This document shows, one piece after another, positions 1-9,128 of a stretch of DNA of 64,000 bases (the stretch's first letter is position 1; each line of letters starts with the position of its first letter). Below the pieces are notes generated by a model, which saw only the letters and a list, made by a program, of their open reading frames with translations, was not told the origin of the DNA and did not search any database. This stretch comes from Acidimicrobiales bacterium. Lineage in GTDB: Bacteria; Actinomycetota; Acidimicrobiia; Acidimicrobiales; CADCSY01. The position numbers were made by a program, and so were the translations under genes. The DNA lies in NCBI GenBank assembly GCA_035512495.1, contig DATKDW010000062.1, positions 50,957-114,956 on the forward strand, read 5' to 3'.

Positions 1-178
1 TGCACGACCCGAACGCCCCCACCCCGGGCAGGACCACACCGGCGGCCTCGCTGATGAGGCCGTGGTCGGCGGTGAGACGGGCATCGGCCCCGACGCGCTC
101 CAGCGCCTTCTGGGCCGACCGGAGGTTGCCGATGCCGTAGTCGAGGACGGCGACGAGCGGGCGCCCGGCGTCGGTCAC
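1..178 (-). CDS. hisH: imidazole glycerol phosphate synthase glutamine amidotransferase subunit HisH (N-terminal part only, runs off window)
   Basis: My translation from GTG at 178 gives [35 protein letters not shown]...[12 protein letters not shown], a typical HisH N-terminus. GTGA overlap with the hisB stop. Lies downstream of hisB. Confidence 0.85.
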   Translation of the reverse strand, partial: MTDAGRPLVAVLDYGIGNLRSAQKALERVGADARLTADHGLISEAAGVVLPGVGAFGSC

Positions 179-765
179 AGGGTGCCCTTGGTGGACGGGA
201 TCCCCCCACCCTCCACCCGCACCGCATCGCGCAGGCACCGAGCCACGCCTTTGAAGGTCGCCTCGAGGACGTGGTGGGTGTTGCGGCCGGTGCGCAGGTT
301 CACGTGCAAGGTGATGCCGGCGCTGTGGGCGAAGGACTGCCAGAAGTGCTCCGCCATCTGCGGGTCGAACGGCGGCGTCCCGAGCGGGAGCACCTCCCCC
401 AGCTCGACGTCGTAGGCGATGAACGGCCGGCCCGACAGGTCGAGCGCCACCTCCACCAGCGCCTCGTCGAGGGGGTAGAGCCCGCTGGCGAAGCGCCGGA
501 CCCCTGCCTTGTCGCCGAGCGCCTCGGCAAAGGCCTCCCCGAGGGTGATGGCGACGTCTTCGACGGTGTGGTGGGCGTCGACCTCGAGATCGCCCTCGGC
601 CTTGACCACCAGGTCGAAGCCTCCGTGGCGGCCGAGCTGGGAGAGCATGTGGTCGAAGAACGGCAGCCCGGTGCTCACCTCGACGGTGCCACCTCCGTCG
701 ACCTCGACCGAGAGCTCGATGGAGGTCTCCTTGGTGGTGCGGCTGCGGCGGGCGGAACGGGTCAT
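175..765 (-). CDS. hisB: imidazoleglycerol-phosphate dehydratase
   Basis: The last 196 aa of ORF 175..1668 read [26 protein letters not shown]...[12 protein letters not shown]...[11 protein letters not shown]...[12 protein letters not shown], matching IGPD signature motifs. ATGA overlap with the hisC stop. Confidence 0.95.
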   Translation of the reverse strand: MTRSARRSRTTKETSIELSVEVDGGGTVEVSTGLPFFDHMLSQLGRHGGFDLVVKAEGDLEVDAHHTVEDVAITLGEAFAEALGDKAGVRRFASGLYPLDEALVEVALDLSGRPFIAYDVELGEVLPLGTPPFDPQMAEHFWQSFAHSAGITLHVNLRTGRNTHHVLEATFKGVARCLRDAVRVEGGGIPSTKGTL

Positions 766-1832
766 GTGATCACCTCGGAGAGCGCGGACAGGAAGGCGTC
801 CCCCTCGGCCGGTGTCCCGACGGTGACCCGGAGGCACCCGTCGAGGCCGGGCCACGACGAGCAGTCGCGGACGAGGACGGATCGGTCGAGCAGCCCCTGC
901 CACACCTCGGCCCCGGGACGGGACTCGGGACGGAAGAGGATGAAGTTGGCACCCGACGGCCACTGGTGGACCGGCAGGCGTGCCATGGCGGCGGCCAGGC
1001 GCTCGCGCTCGGCGACGAGGGCCCGAACCCGCTCGCGCATCTCGGGCTCGAAGCGCAGGGCGATGCGACCGGCGGCCTGCTTGGCGGCGTCGAGGTGGTA
1101 CGGGAGCGCCACCTTCTCCAGCTCGTCGACCAGCCAGGTGGGCCCGATGAGGTAGCCCAGCCGGGCCGCCGCCATCGACCAGGTCTTCGAGTAGGTGCGG
1201 GTGACGACGAGGGGTCGGTCGTCGTCGACGAGCTCGAGGGACGACCACCCGGCGAACTGGCCGTAGGCCTCGTCGACGAGCACCACCCCCGGCGCGCGGT
1301 CGGCCACGGCGCGGATCACGTCGGGCTCCTCGACCATGCCCGTGGGGTTGTTCGGCGACGTGATGAACGTGATGGCAGGCCCGTGGGCGGCGACGACCCG
1401 GTCGACCTCTGCGAGGTCGAGCGAGAGGTCCGGGGCGCGCCCTCCTTCGACGACCGTCGTCCCCACCACCCTGGCGATCTGGCCGTGCATGAGGTAGGTG
1501 GGCGCGAACAACGCCGCGGTGCGCCCGTGACCCCCGTACGCCAGGCACACGCTCTGGATGACCTCGTTGGAGCCGTTCGCGGCGAAGACCTGGCGGGGGT
1601 CGACGCCGTGGACCCCGGCGATGGCGTTGCGCAGCTCGAGGGCCTGTCGGTCCGGGTAGCGGTGCCACTCCAGGCGCGACAGCTCGGCGGCCAGGGCGTC
1701 GGAGAACGCCGGGGGCGGGGGCAGCGGCGATTCGTTGGTGTTGAGCCGCACCGCCACGTCGACCTGTGGGGAGTGGTAGCCCTCGAGGATGGCGAGGTCG
1801 TCCCGCACGGGCGGCCGCGCCGCCGCGCTCAC
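762..1832 (-). CDS. hisC: histidinol-phosphate aminotransferase
   Basis: 356 aa class-II aminotransferase ([12 protein letters not shown]..., [14 protein letters not shown] with the PLP lysine context). Sits between hisD and hisB. GTGA overlap with the hisD stop. Confidence 0.93.
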   Translation of the reverse strand: MSAAARPPVRDDLAILEGYHSPQVDVAVRLNTNESPLPPPPAFSDALAAELSRLEWHRYPDRQALELRNAIAGVHGVDPRQVFAANGSNEVIQSVCLAYGGHGRTAALFAPTYLMHGQIARVVGTTVVEGGRAPDLSLDLAEVDRVVAAHGPAITFITSPNNPTGMVEEPDVIRAVADRAPGVVLVDEAYGQFAGWSSLELVDDDRPLVVTRTYSKTWSMAAARLGYLIGPTWLVDELEKVALPYHLDAAKQAAGRIALRFEPEMRERVRALVAERERLAAAMARLPVHQWPSGANFILFRPESRPGAEVWQGLLDRSVLVRDCSSWPGLDGCLRVTVGTPAEGDAFLSALSEVIT

Positions 1833-3124
1833 CGGGGTCGTTCCTGGCGGAGCCGCACCGACAGGGCGTGGGCCACCAAGCCCTCGGCCTCGGCGATGGC
1901 CACCACGTGGGGCGCGACGCGGTCGAGCGCGGCGCCGTCGAGGCTCACCACGTGGATGTGCTTGGTGAAGTCGTCGACCCGCAGGGCGCCGGCGAAGCGG
2001 GCCGAGCCGAAGGTCGGCAGGACGTGGTTCGGGCCGGCCAGGTAGTCACCGACCGAAGCAGGTGCCAGGTGACCGGTGAAGACGGCGCCGGCGTGGCGCA
2101 CGAACGGCAGCAGGTCGTCGGCACCGTCGACCATCAGCTCGAGGTGCTCTGGGGCGATGGCGTTGGCGATGGCGATGGCGTGCTCGGGGCCGTCGCAGAG
2201 CACGGCGTAGCCACCCTCGCCCAGGGTCGACTCGATCTGCGCCCGCCGGGGTGACGCGGCCACGATGCGGGCGACGGCGTCGGTGACCGCGTCGGCCACC
2301 GATTCGTCCCAGGTGACCAGCCACGCCAGGCCGTCGGGGCCGTGCTCGGCCTGCACCACGATGTCGACCGCGGCCCACTCCACCGGCGCGCCGGCGTCGG
2401 CGACGACGACCACCTCCGACGGTCCAGCGAAGGACGACGGGACACCGACGAGCCCACGGGAGGCGACCTCGCGCTTCGCCTGGGCAACACGGGCGCTCCC
2501 GGGGCCGACGATGACGTCGACCGCCCGGATGCTCTCGGTGCCGGAGGCCAGGGCACCGATGGCCGCCGGACCACCCACCCGGAAGACCTCGTCGACCCCC
2601 GCCAGCGCGGCGGCGGCGAGGATGCCGGGGTCGACCGACCCATCGGGCGACGGCGAGGTGCAGAGCACGACCTCGGGCACGCCCGCCACCTTGGCCGGCA
2701 GTGCCGTCATCAACACGGTGGAGATCAGCGGTGCGGCCGCGCTCGGCACGTAGCAGCCGGCCCGGTCGACCGGCCGGCGGAGGCCTCGCACGGTGATGCC
2801 GTCGTTGTCGTGGTCGACGTCGGGTGCCACCTGGGCCCGGTGGTAGGCGGTGATGTTGGCCTGCGCGACCTCCAGGGCAGCTCTCAGCTCGGCCGGGATC
2901 GATGCCAGGGCGGCGTCGAGGTCGGCGGTCGGCACCCGCAGCTCGTCGAGGACGACCCCGTCGAAGCGCTCGGTGGCGTCCCGAAGGGCGGCGTCGCCCC
3001 GGGCGGCGACATCGGCCAGGAGGGCCTGGACCTCGGCGATCGGCGGCTCCTTGGCGGCCTGCGGCCGCGGGAGGAGGTCGACGAGGTCACCGGTGGTGCC
3101 ACGGAGGTCGAGCCGCTTCAACAT
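1829..3124 (-). CDS. hisD: histidinol dehydrogenase
   Basis: 431 aa with HisD-like blocks (CYVPSAAAPLISTVLM, IVGPGSARVAQAKREV, QAEHGPDG, GDYLAGPNHVLPT). First gene of the his operon. Confidence 0.95.
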   Translation of the reverse strand: MLKRLDLRGTTGDLVDLLPRPQAAKEPPIAEVQALLADVAARGDAALRDATERFDGVVLDELRVPTADLDAALASIPAELRAALEVAQANITAYHRAQVAPDVDHDNDGITVRGLRRPVDRAGCYVPSAAAPLISTVLMTALPAKVAGVPEVVLCTSPSPDGSVDPGILAAAALAGVDEVFRVGGPAAIGALASGTESIRAVDVIVGPGSARVAQAKREVASRGLVGVPSSFAGPSEVVVVADAGAPVEWAAVDIVVQAEHGPDGLAWLVTWDESVADAVTDAVARIVAASPRRAQIESTLGEGGYAVLCDGPEHAIAIANAIAPEHLELMVDGADDLLPFVRHAGAVFTGHLAPASVGDYLAGPNHVLPTFGSARFAGALRVDDFTKHIHVVSLDGAALDRVAPHVVAIAEAEGLVAHALSVRLRQERPR

Positions 3125-3190
3125 GGGAGATCGAGCCTAACGGGCACCCCTGACGCGGCCGGAACCGGTATCGACCGCTAGACAGGCCTC

Positions 3191-3382
3191 ATGACCGCCG
3201 GACCCCAGCTCTCCTCCGTGGCCACGAGCCTGGCCGAGCTCACCGAACGGCTCACCGGCATCGCCGAGGCGATGGTCGGCACCGAGCGCGACGACCTGGC
3301 CCTGGCCCTCTTCGACGTGGAGCGCACCCTGCGCACCGCGGGGCGCCGACTCGACCGGGTGGTCGACGACCTTCGCGGGTGA
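3191..3382 (+). CDS. hypothetical small helical protein (63 aa)
   Basis: ATG start and strongly G/C-ending codons. Divergent from hisD. No recognisable domain. Confidence 0.45.
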   Translation: MTAGPQLSSVATSLAELTERLTGIAEAMVGTERDDLALALFDVERTLRTAGRRLDRVVDDLRG

Positions 3383-3412
3383 CCTGCGCGAGGGCGACAG
3401 GACCCGTGACCC

Positions 3413-4243
3413 CTAGAGCGGGAGGACGACCACGCCGGTGTGGTCGTCCATGGGCAGGTCGCCGTCGATCACGGCCGTCACCTCCGCCCGTAGCAGCTCG
3501 ACGGTGCCGCCGATGACGGTGACGAAGGCGGTGTCGGCCGCGTCCCGGCCGGTGGTGATGCGCACCAGCGACGCGCGGGGCGCCAGGCGCGTGGGGTCGA
3601 GGATGCACCACCGTCCGTCGACGTAGGCCTCGACCACGGCGTGGAAGTCCATGGGGCTCAGCCCGGGGGCGTAGACGGCCACGAGGCGGGCGGGGACGTC
3701 GAGGGCCCGCAGCATGGTGATCGCCAGGTGGGCGAAGTCGCGGCAGACGCCCCGCCCGGCGAAGAGCGAGTCGACGGCGGTGTCGAGCGGTCCGCTCGCC
3801 CCGCCCAGGTAGGTGAGGCGGCTGGCCACCCACCCGCCGACGGCGGCGAGCAGCTCGGGACCGGGTCCGAGGTGGCCGAGCTCGTAGGCGGCGAAGCCGC
3901 TCAGCTCGTCGGAGGGGCAGTACCGGCTCTGGCGCAGGTACGTCAGCTGCTCGGCGTCGAGGCTGGTGACCGGGGGCCCGGGCACGGCCTCCCCCCGCTG
4001 GATCACGCCGTCGTAGGCGACGGACAGCTCTCCAACCGGGCTGTGCAGGATCTGGACGACCGCGCCGTGGTCACCATCGAACAGCTCGACATCGAGGGGG
4101 TCGCCACCGATCGTCACGTCGAGCGTGGCATCGAGTACGTCGCCAGCGGTGGCGGCCGGGGCGATCTGGAGGGCCACCGTCGCCGGCTCGCTCACCCGGA
4201 AGCCGAGGCGGCAGCCCACCCGCCAGACAGCCTCGGGGGTCAC
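3413..4243 (-). CDS. transglutaminase-like cysteine protease family protein
   Basis: Core motif GRGVCRDFAHLAITMLRALDVPARLV, then DFHAVVEAY and ILDP, consistent with a Cys-His-Asp triad. Start set at the in-frame GTG (residue 47 of ORF 3413..4381) to avoid a long overlap with nth; start uncertain. Confidence 0.8.
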   Translation of the reverse strand: MTPEAVWRVGCRLGFRVSEPATVALQIAPAATAGDVLDATLDVTIGGDPLDVELFDGDHGAVVQILHSPVGELSVAYDGVIQRGEAVPGPPVTSLDAEQLTYLRQSRYCPSDELSGFAAYELGHLGPGPELLAAVGGWVASRLTYLGGASGPLDTAVDSLFAGRGVCRDFAHLAITMLRALDVPARLVAVYAPGLSPMDFHAVVEAYVDGRWCILDPTRLAPRASLVRITTGRDAADTAFVTVIGGTVELLRAEVTAVIDGDLPMDDHTGVVVLPL

Positions 4244-4301
4244 GATGCGGGCCGGGTGGTCACCTCGACAGCCTATGGGCCGGCACACGGCCCCAAGCCG
4301 G

Positions 4302-4964
4302 TCATGTGCCACCGGCTGCGAAGGCACTGGGACAGATGTCGGCGAGGACGCAGTCGTCGCAGCGGGGGCGGCGGGCGCCACACACGCGGCGGCCGTGGAG
4401 GATGAGCCGCTCGCTGAGGAGACCCCGCTCGCGCGCCGGCACCATGGGGTTCAGCTCGACCTCGACCTTCACCGGATCGGTCGCGTCGGTCAGGCCGAGG
4501 CGCTCGGCGAGGCGCAGCACGTGGGTGTCGACCGGAAGGCCCGGCAGGCCCAGGCCGACGCTGCGGATCACGTTGGCGGTCTTGCGGCCGACCCCCGGCA
4601 GCGCCACGAGCTCGCGCATCGCCGTGGGCACCTCGCCACCGTGGCGCTCGCACAGCAGGGCGGCCATCGCCCGCACGCTCCTCGCCTTCTGGCGGTAGAA
4701 GCCGGTCGGATGGAGGACGGCCTCGAGCTCGTCCGGGTCCGCACCGGCGAGGGCGGCGGCGTCGGGCCAGCGACGGAAGAGCTCGGGGGTCACCGTGTTG
4801 ACCCGGGCGTCGGTGGTCTGAGCCGAGAGGATGGTCGCCACGAGGAGCTCGAACGCACACCGGTGGTCGAGCTCGCACAGCTCGGCGGCCGTGCCCGGGT
4901 ACACCACGGCCAGCCGGCGAACGACCTCTCGGGCCCGGCCGGTCGGGCTGCGGGGTCGGGCCAT
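4302..4964 (-). CDS. nth: endonuclease III (DNA glycosylase/AP lyase)
   Basis: HhH-GPD motif LVALPGVGRKTANVI and the C-terminal 4Fe-4S cysteines CGARRPRCDDCVLADICPS. Start taken at the second Met (MARPRSP) because the upstream start at 5039 would overlap the divergent mshD start. Confidence 0.92.
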   Translation of the reverse strand: MARPRSPTGRAREVVRRLAVVYPGTAAELCELDHRCAFELLVATILSAQTTDARVNTVTPELFRRWPDAAALAGADPDELEAVLHPTGFYRQKARSVRAMAALLCERHGGEVPTAMRELVALPGVGRKTANVIRSVGLGLPGLPVDTHVLRLAERLGLTDATDPVKVEVELNPMVPARERGLLSERLILHGRRVCGARRPRCDDCVLADICPSAFAAGGT

Positions 4965-5016
4965 GTCCGGATCGTACGGGACGGTCGGCGCGGCCCCACC
5001 GGAGTCGTACCCTGCG

Positions 5017-5931
5017 ATGGTGCGCAGGCTCGAGATCAAGCGTCAGCTCGACGGCGACGACATCGCCGCCGTCCGCCGGCTGCTGGCGGTGGCCGAGGAG
5101 GCAGACGGCCACCGCGCCGTCGACGACCACCGCTGGCTCGACATGGCCGAGGGCGGGCGCCAGAGCTTCGCTGGCCTGGTGGCCTGGGAGCCGGGCCACG
5201 ACCACCCCGTCGGCTATGCCCAGGTCAGCCGGGGGGTCCGCAGCTGGGCCCTGGACCTCGTGATCGACCCCCACCACCGGATTGACAGCCTGACCATCGG
5301 CCCCGAGCTGCTGCGCGCCGCCCTCGGTACCATCGCCGACGAGGGCGGAGGCCACGTGCACCTGTGGGTCCACCAGCCGACCGAGGTGCACGACGCCGTC
5401 GCCGCCGAAGTGGGCCTCGGCCGCGGCCGCGACCTCCTCCAGCTGAGGCGCCCGCTGCCGATCGAGGACGCCGAGGTCCCCGTGCTCGCCCTGCGACCCT
5501 TCCGGACTGACGACGCCGACGCGTGGCTGGCGGTCAACAACCGGGCCTTCGAGTGGCACCCGGAGCAGGGCGGTTGGGACCGTGACACCCTCGCTGCCCG
5601 CCAGGCCGAGCCCTGGTTCGACCCCGAGGGCTTCCTGCTCCACGAGCGGGAGGGCCGGCTGGCCGGCTTCTGCTGGACCAAGGTCCACGCCGACGAGGAG
5701 CCGCCACTGGGTGAGATCTACGTCATCGCCGTCGACCCCGACTTCCACGGACTCGGCCTCGGTCGGGCGCTGGTGCTCGCCGGCCTCGACCACCTCGCCC
5801 GGCAGGGGCTGCGCACCGGGATGCTCTACGTCGACGCCGGCAACACCGCGGCCGTCTCGCTGTACGACGAGCTCGGCTTCGCCACCGACCACGTCGATCG
5901 CGCCTACGTCGGCGACATCGACCCCCATTGA
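5017..5931 (+). CDS. mshD: mycothiol synthase (tandem-GNAT acetyltransferase)
   Basis: 304 aa from MVRRLEIKRQLD. Two GNAT halves; the C-terminal half has EIYVIAVDPDFHGLGLGRALV and LYVDAGNTAAVSLYDELGF, as I recall for MshD. Confidence 0.85.
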   Translation: MVRRLEIKRQLDGDDIAAVRRLLAVAEEADGHRAVDDHRWLDMAEGGRQSFAGLVAWEPGHDHPVGYAQVSRGVRSWALDLVIDPHHRIDSLTIGPELLRAALGTIADEGGGHVHLWVHQPTEVHDAVAAEVGLGRGRDLLQLRRPLPIEDAEVPVLALRPFRTDDADAWLAVNNRAFEWHPEQGGWDRDTLAARQAEPWFDPEGFLLHEREGRLAGFCWTKVHADEEPPLGEIYVIAVDPDFHGLGLGRALVLAGLDHLARQGLRTGMLYVDAGNTAAVSLYDELGFATDHVDRAYVGDIDPH

Positions 5932-5980
5932 AGGGGCTCGGCGAAGCCGAGGCGATCAAACGGCCCACGAGCGGGTGGCG

Positions 5981-6032
5981 CCGACGGAAGGGACCCGCCC
6001 GGAGCCTGCGGAGGGTGGGAGGGTTCCGTCGG
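5981..6032. terminator. hairpin between convergent mshD and VIT genes (possible bidirectional terminator)
   Basis: CCGACGGAA (5981-5989) is the exact reverse complement of TTCCGTCGG (6024-6032), with inner CCCGCCC/GGGTGGG pairing. No clear U-tract. Confidence 0.3.
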
Positions 6033-6052
6033 TGACGGGCCCCGCTCGCCCT

Positions 6053-6793
6053 TTAGACGGACGCGCCGATGGCGGAGCCGATGGCGAAGGTGATCGCGGC
6101 CGGGACGAGCGTGAAGGCCACCTGGCGCGACACGGTGCGCACCAGTGAACGACCGGTGAACCGGGCGGTGAGCGTCCCGACCACCACGGCAGCGATGACG
6201 GCGAGGACGAGCGATGCGATGATCGCGCCGTTGCCCGCGCTGATGAACCACGGGACGAGCGGCACCACGGCGCCGACGGTGAACGCGGAGAACGACGAGG
6301 CGGCGGCGCCGAGGGGCGAGCCCAGCTCGTTCGGGTCGATGCCGAGCTCCTCCCGGGCGTGCACCTCGAGGGCCAGCTCGGGGTCGCGCATCATCACCTG
6401 GGCCAGCTCGCGCGCCTGATCTGCCGGCACGCCACGCGACTGGTAGAGGTGCGCGAGCTCGTTCATCTCCCCGGCGGGGTTGCGCTTCAGCTCCCGCCGC
6501 TCGATCTCGAGCTCGCGCTCGAGCAGCTCGGCCTGGACGCGCATCGAGTTGTACTCGCCCGCCGCCATCGAGATGGCCCCCGCGATCAGGCCGGCGAGCC
6601 CGGCGACACGCACGACGCCCGGGCCCGGGGACGCTCCCGCCACGCCGAGGATGAGGCCCACGTTGGACACGAGGCCGTCGCTGACACCGAACACCGCCGC
6701 CCGAGCCGGACCGCCACCGACGTCGCGGTGGTGCTCGTGGCCATGAACGTGGACGTGGCCGTGTGACCCCTCCTCGCCGGTGCTGCTCTCCAT
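6053..6793 (-). CDS. VIT1/CCC1 family iron/manganese transporter
   Basis: VFGVSDGLVSNVGLILGVAG, ISMAAGEY, a central helical ELLERELEIERREL region and C-terminal TM helices. N-terminus is His-rich (HGHVHVHGHEHH). Start at MESSTGEEG. Confidence 0.85.
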   Translation of the reverse strand: MESSTGEEGSHGHVHVHGHEHHRDVGGGPARAAVFGVSDGLVSNVGLILGVAGASPGPGVVRVAGLAGLIAGAISMAAGEYNSMRVQAELLERELEIERRELKRNPAGEMNELAHLYQSRGVPADQARELAQVMMRDPELALEVHAREELGIDPNELGSPLGAAASSFSAFTVGAVVPLVPWFISAGNGAIIASLVLAVIAAVVVGTLTARFTGRSLVRTVSRQVAFTLVPAAITFAIGSAIGASV

Positions 6794-6825
6794 GCCGGCC
6801 ACGGTAATCGCCAAGCACGAGGGGT

Positions 6826-7899
6826 GTGAGGGCCCCGCGCCACTACCCTCGACGGGTGCCCACACGCTACGACGCCGACCGCGACGACCTCGCCAGCGTG
6901 CTCGCCGGCGAGCCCGCGTACCGCGTCCGCCAGGTGTGGGACGGGCTGCACCGGCGCCTCGTCGCCCCGGCCGACATGACCGACCTCCCCTCGGCGCTGC
7001 GCGCCCGCCTGGACGCGGCGCTGCCGCCGGCGCTCGACCTCGCCGAGGAGTCTGAGAGCGACGCCGGGACCACCGTGAAGTGGCTCTGGCGCCTGGCTGA
7101 CGAGGCTCTCGTCGAGACGGTGCTGATGCACTACCGCGACCGCTCCACGGTGTGCATCTCCTCCCAGGCCGGGTGCGCCATGGCGTGCAGCTTCTGCGCC
7201 ACCGGCCAGGCCGGCTTCGAGCGGCACCTCAGCGTGGGCGAGATCGTCGAGCAGGTGGTCCGGGCCGCCCAGCGGGCCCGAGCCACGGGGCGGCGCCTGT
7301 CCAACGTCGTGTTCATGGGCATGGGTGAGCCCATGGCGAACTACGACCGCGTGCTCACCGCCACCCGCCGCATCCACGTGGACCTCGGCCTCTCTGCCCG
7401 CCACCTCACGATCTCCACCGTCGGGGTCGTGCCGGGCATCCGTCGCCTCGCCGCCGAGGACCTGCCCGTCAACCTGGCGGTCTCGCTCCACGCCGCCAAC
7501 GACGAGCTGCGCGACGAGCTGGTGCCCCTGAACCGCCGGTACCCGCTCGCCGTGCTCACCGAGGCCTGCGCCGACCACGTGGCCGCCACCGGACGACGCC
7601 TGTCGTTCGAGTGGGCGCTCATCGACGGCGTCAACGACCGGCGATCCGACGTCGTCGAGCTGGCCGAGCTGGCCCGCCCGCTGCGCGCCCACGTCAACCT
7701 CATCCCCCTGAACCCCACTCCCGGGTACGCCACGCCGGGGACGCCGGCCGAGGGGGTGCGGGACTTCTGCGACCGGCTGCGCTCGCTCGGCGTCAACGCC
7801 ACCGTGCGCCAGAACCGCGGCACCAGCATCGACGCCGCCTGCGGCCAGCTACGTGCCAACCACGAGGTTGCCGTGGCCGCCCCCCGGCCTCGCACCTGA
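6826..7899 (+). CDS. rlmN: 23S rRNA/tRNA (adenine-C2) methyltransferase, radical SAM
   Basis: CISSQAGCAMACSFCATGQ (CxxxCxxC) and GMGEPMANYD. Alternative GTG start at 6856. Confidence 0.92.
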   Translation: MRAPRHYPRRVPTRYDADRDDLASVLAGEPAYRVRQVWDGLHRRLVAPADMTDLPSALRARLDAALPPALDLAEESESDAGTTVKWLWRLADEALVETVLMHYRDRSTVCISSQAGCAMACSFCATGQAGFERHLSVGEIVEQVVRAAQRARATGRRLSNVVFMGMGEPMANYDRVLTATRRIHVDLGLSARHLTISTVGVVPGIRRLAAEDLPVNLAVSLHAANDELRDELVPLNRRYPLAVLTEACADHVAATGRRLSFEWALIDGVNDRRSDVVELAELARPLRAHVNLIPLNPTPGYATPGTPAEGVRDFCDRLRSLGVNATVRQNRGTSIDAACGQLRANHEVAVAAPRPRT

Positions 7900-7916
7900 G
7901 GCGGAGGCGTCCTGGC

Positions 7917-8684
7917 TCAGCGGACCAGCACGGTCATGCGATCCGAGGCGCGGATGGCGTCGACCAGGACCTCTCGCCGGCGCACCCTGGCACCCGGCCA
8001 CACCACCGATCGGACGAGGGTCCCCTCCACGGTCGCCCCCTCACCCACCACCGACGCGCCCCCCGATGCCGCCAGGTTGGCCGAGAGGTAGCCAGCCGGC
8101 CGGTCGCAGGGGATGGCTTCCCCGCCGACGTTGACGACGTCGAGCCGCCCGGCGTCGAGGGCGGGCCACCACAAGCCGTTGCTCAGACCGAGTGGCTCGG
8201 CGGGGATCCGAGCGGCGTCGGCCGCCGGGACGATCGACCCCACGATCGGGGCACCAGGGACCAGCGGCGTCCCGGGCGGCCCCAGCACCGCGACGCGGAC
8301 CCGCTCCCCGTCCCAGTCGTCGAGGAGCGGTCCGAGCGACGCTGTTGACCAGGTGTCGCCGTTGACCACGAGGAGGGATCGACCGTCGAGCCAGGGACGC
8401 AGCGCGCCCACCGCGCCGGCGGTGCCCAGTGCCTCGTCCCCCGTCTCCCTCGAGACATGGGCCCGACCCTCGACGTGGGCGGCGAGCACCTCCGCATGGT
8501 GGTGCACGTTGACGGCGATGATCGAGGGCCCGGCTCCCACCAGGCAGGCGACCCGCTCGAGGGCGTGGTCGACGAGCGGTACGCCGGCCACCGGGCACAG
8601 CACCTTCGGTCGGAGGAGCGTGAGCGGGCGCAGGCGGGTCCCGCCTCCGGCAGCCAGGATGAGGGCTGCCACACTGTCAGGCAT
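7917..8684 (-). CDS. sugar-phosphate nucleotidyltransferase family protein
   Basis: N-terminal LILAAGGGTRLRPLTLLRPKVLCPV signature and GTAGAV. Substrate unknown. Confidence 0.75.
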   Translation of the reverse strand: MPDSVAALILAAGGGTRLRPLTLLRPKVLCPVAGVPLVDHALERVACLVGAGPSIIAVNVHHHAEVLAAHVEGRAHVSRETGDEALGTAGAVGALRPWLDGRSLLVVNGDTWSTASLGPLLDDWDGERVRVAVLGPPGTPLVPGAPIVGSIVPAADAARIPAEPLGLSNGLWWPALDAGRLDVVNVGGEAIPCDRPAGYLSANLAASGGASVVGEGATVEGTLVRSVVWPGARVRRREVLVDAIRASDRMTVLVR

Positions 8685-9036
8685 GGAGACCCGACGCTGG
8701 ACGAACCCCTCCCAGCCCCAGACGATGCAGATCGCCGTCTTCCTGCTCTACATCAGGGCGGCGTTCGGTGTGCTCTTCGGGACGTTCCTCAACCCCATCG
8801 GGCTCCTGCTGATCGGTGGCATGGCCGCCGCCGGCTTCGGCATCGCCAACGAGAAGCGGTGGGGCTACACGCTCGGGATCGCCATGGCGCTGGCGCCCGC
8901 GGCCCTTCGGCTGGCCATCGCCGGCCCGGCCGGGCTGCTCGCCCGAGACCCGATCGGCCTCATGTTCGAGGTGGCCCTGGTGGCGCTGCTGCTCCACCCC
9001 ATGAGCCGCGACTACCAGCGCATCTGGTTCACCTGA
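8683..9036 (+). CDS. hypothetical small membrane protein
   Basis: METRRWTNPSQPQTMQIAVFLLYIRAAFGVLFG... with 3-4 hydrophobic helices. Alternative start at Met15 (8725). Confidence 0.55.
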   Translation: METRRWTNPSQPQTMQIAVFLLYIRAAFGVLFGTFLNPIGLLLIGGMAAAGFGIANEKRWGYTLGIAMALAPAALRLAIAGPAGLLARDPIGLMFEVALVALLLHPMSRDYQRIWFT

Positions 9037-9128
9037 GTCGACCGCCACACCGGGACCGTACCCTCGGGGAGACGGCGGACCCCCGAGCGTGACAGCGGAC
9101 ACATGGGGCGCGTCTAGGTTCCTTGCGC

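Noticed and set aside
175-1668. 497-aa ORF taken as a single protein
   Set aside because: Only the C-terminal 196 aa (from the Met at 765) is HisB. The upstream part is an off-frame read-through across hisC.
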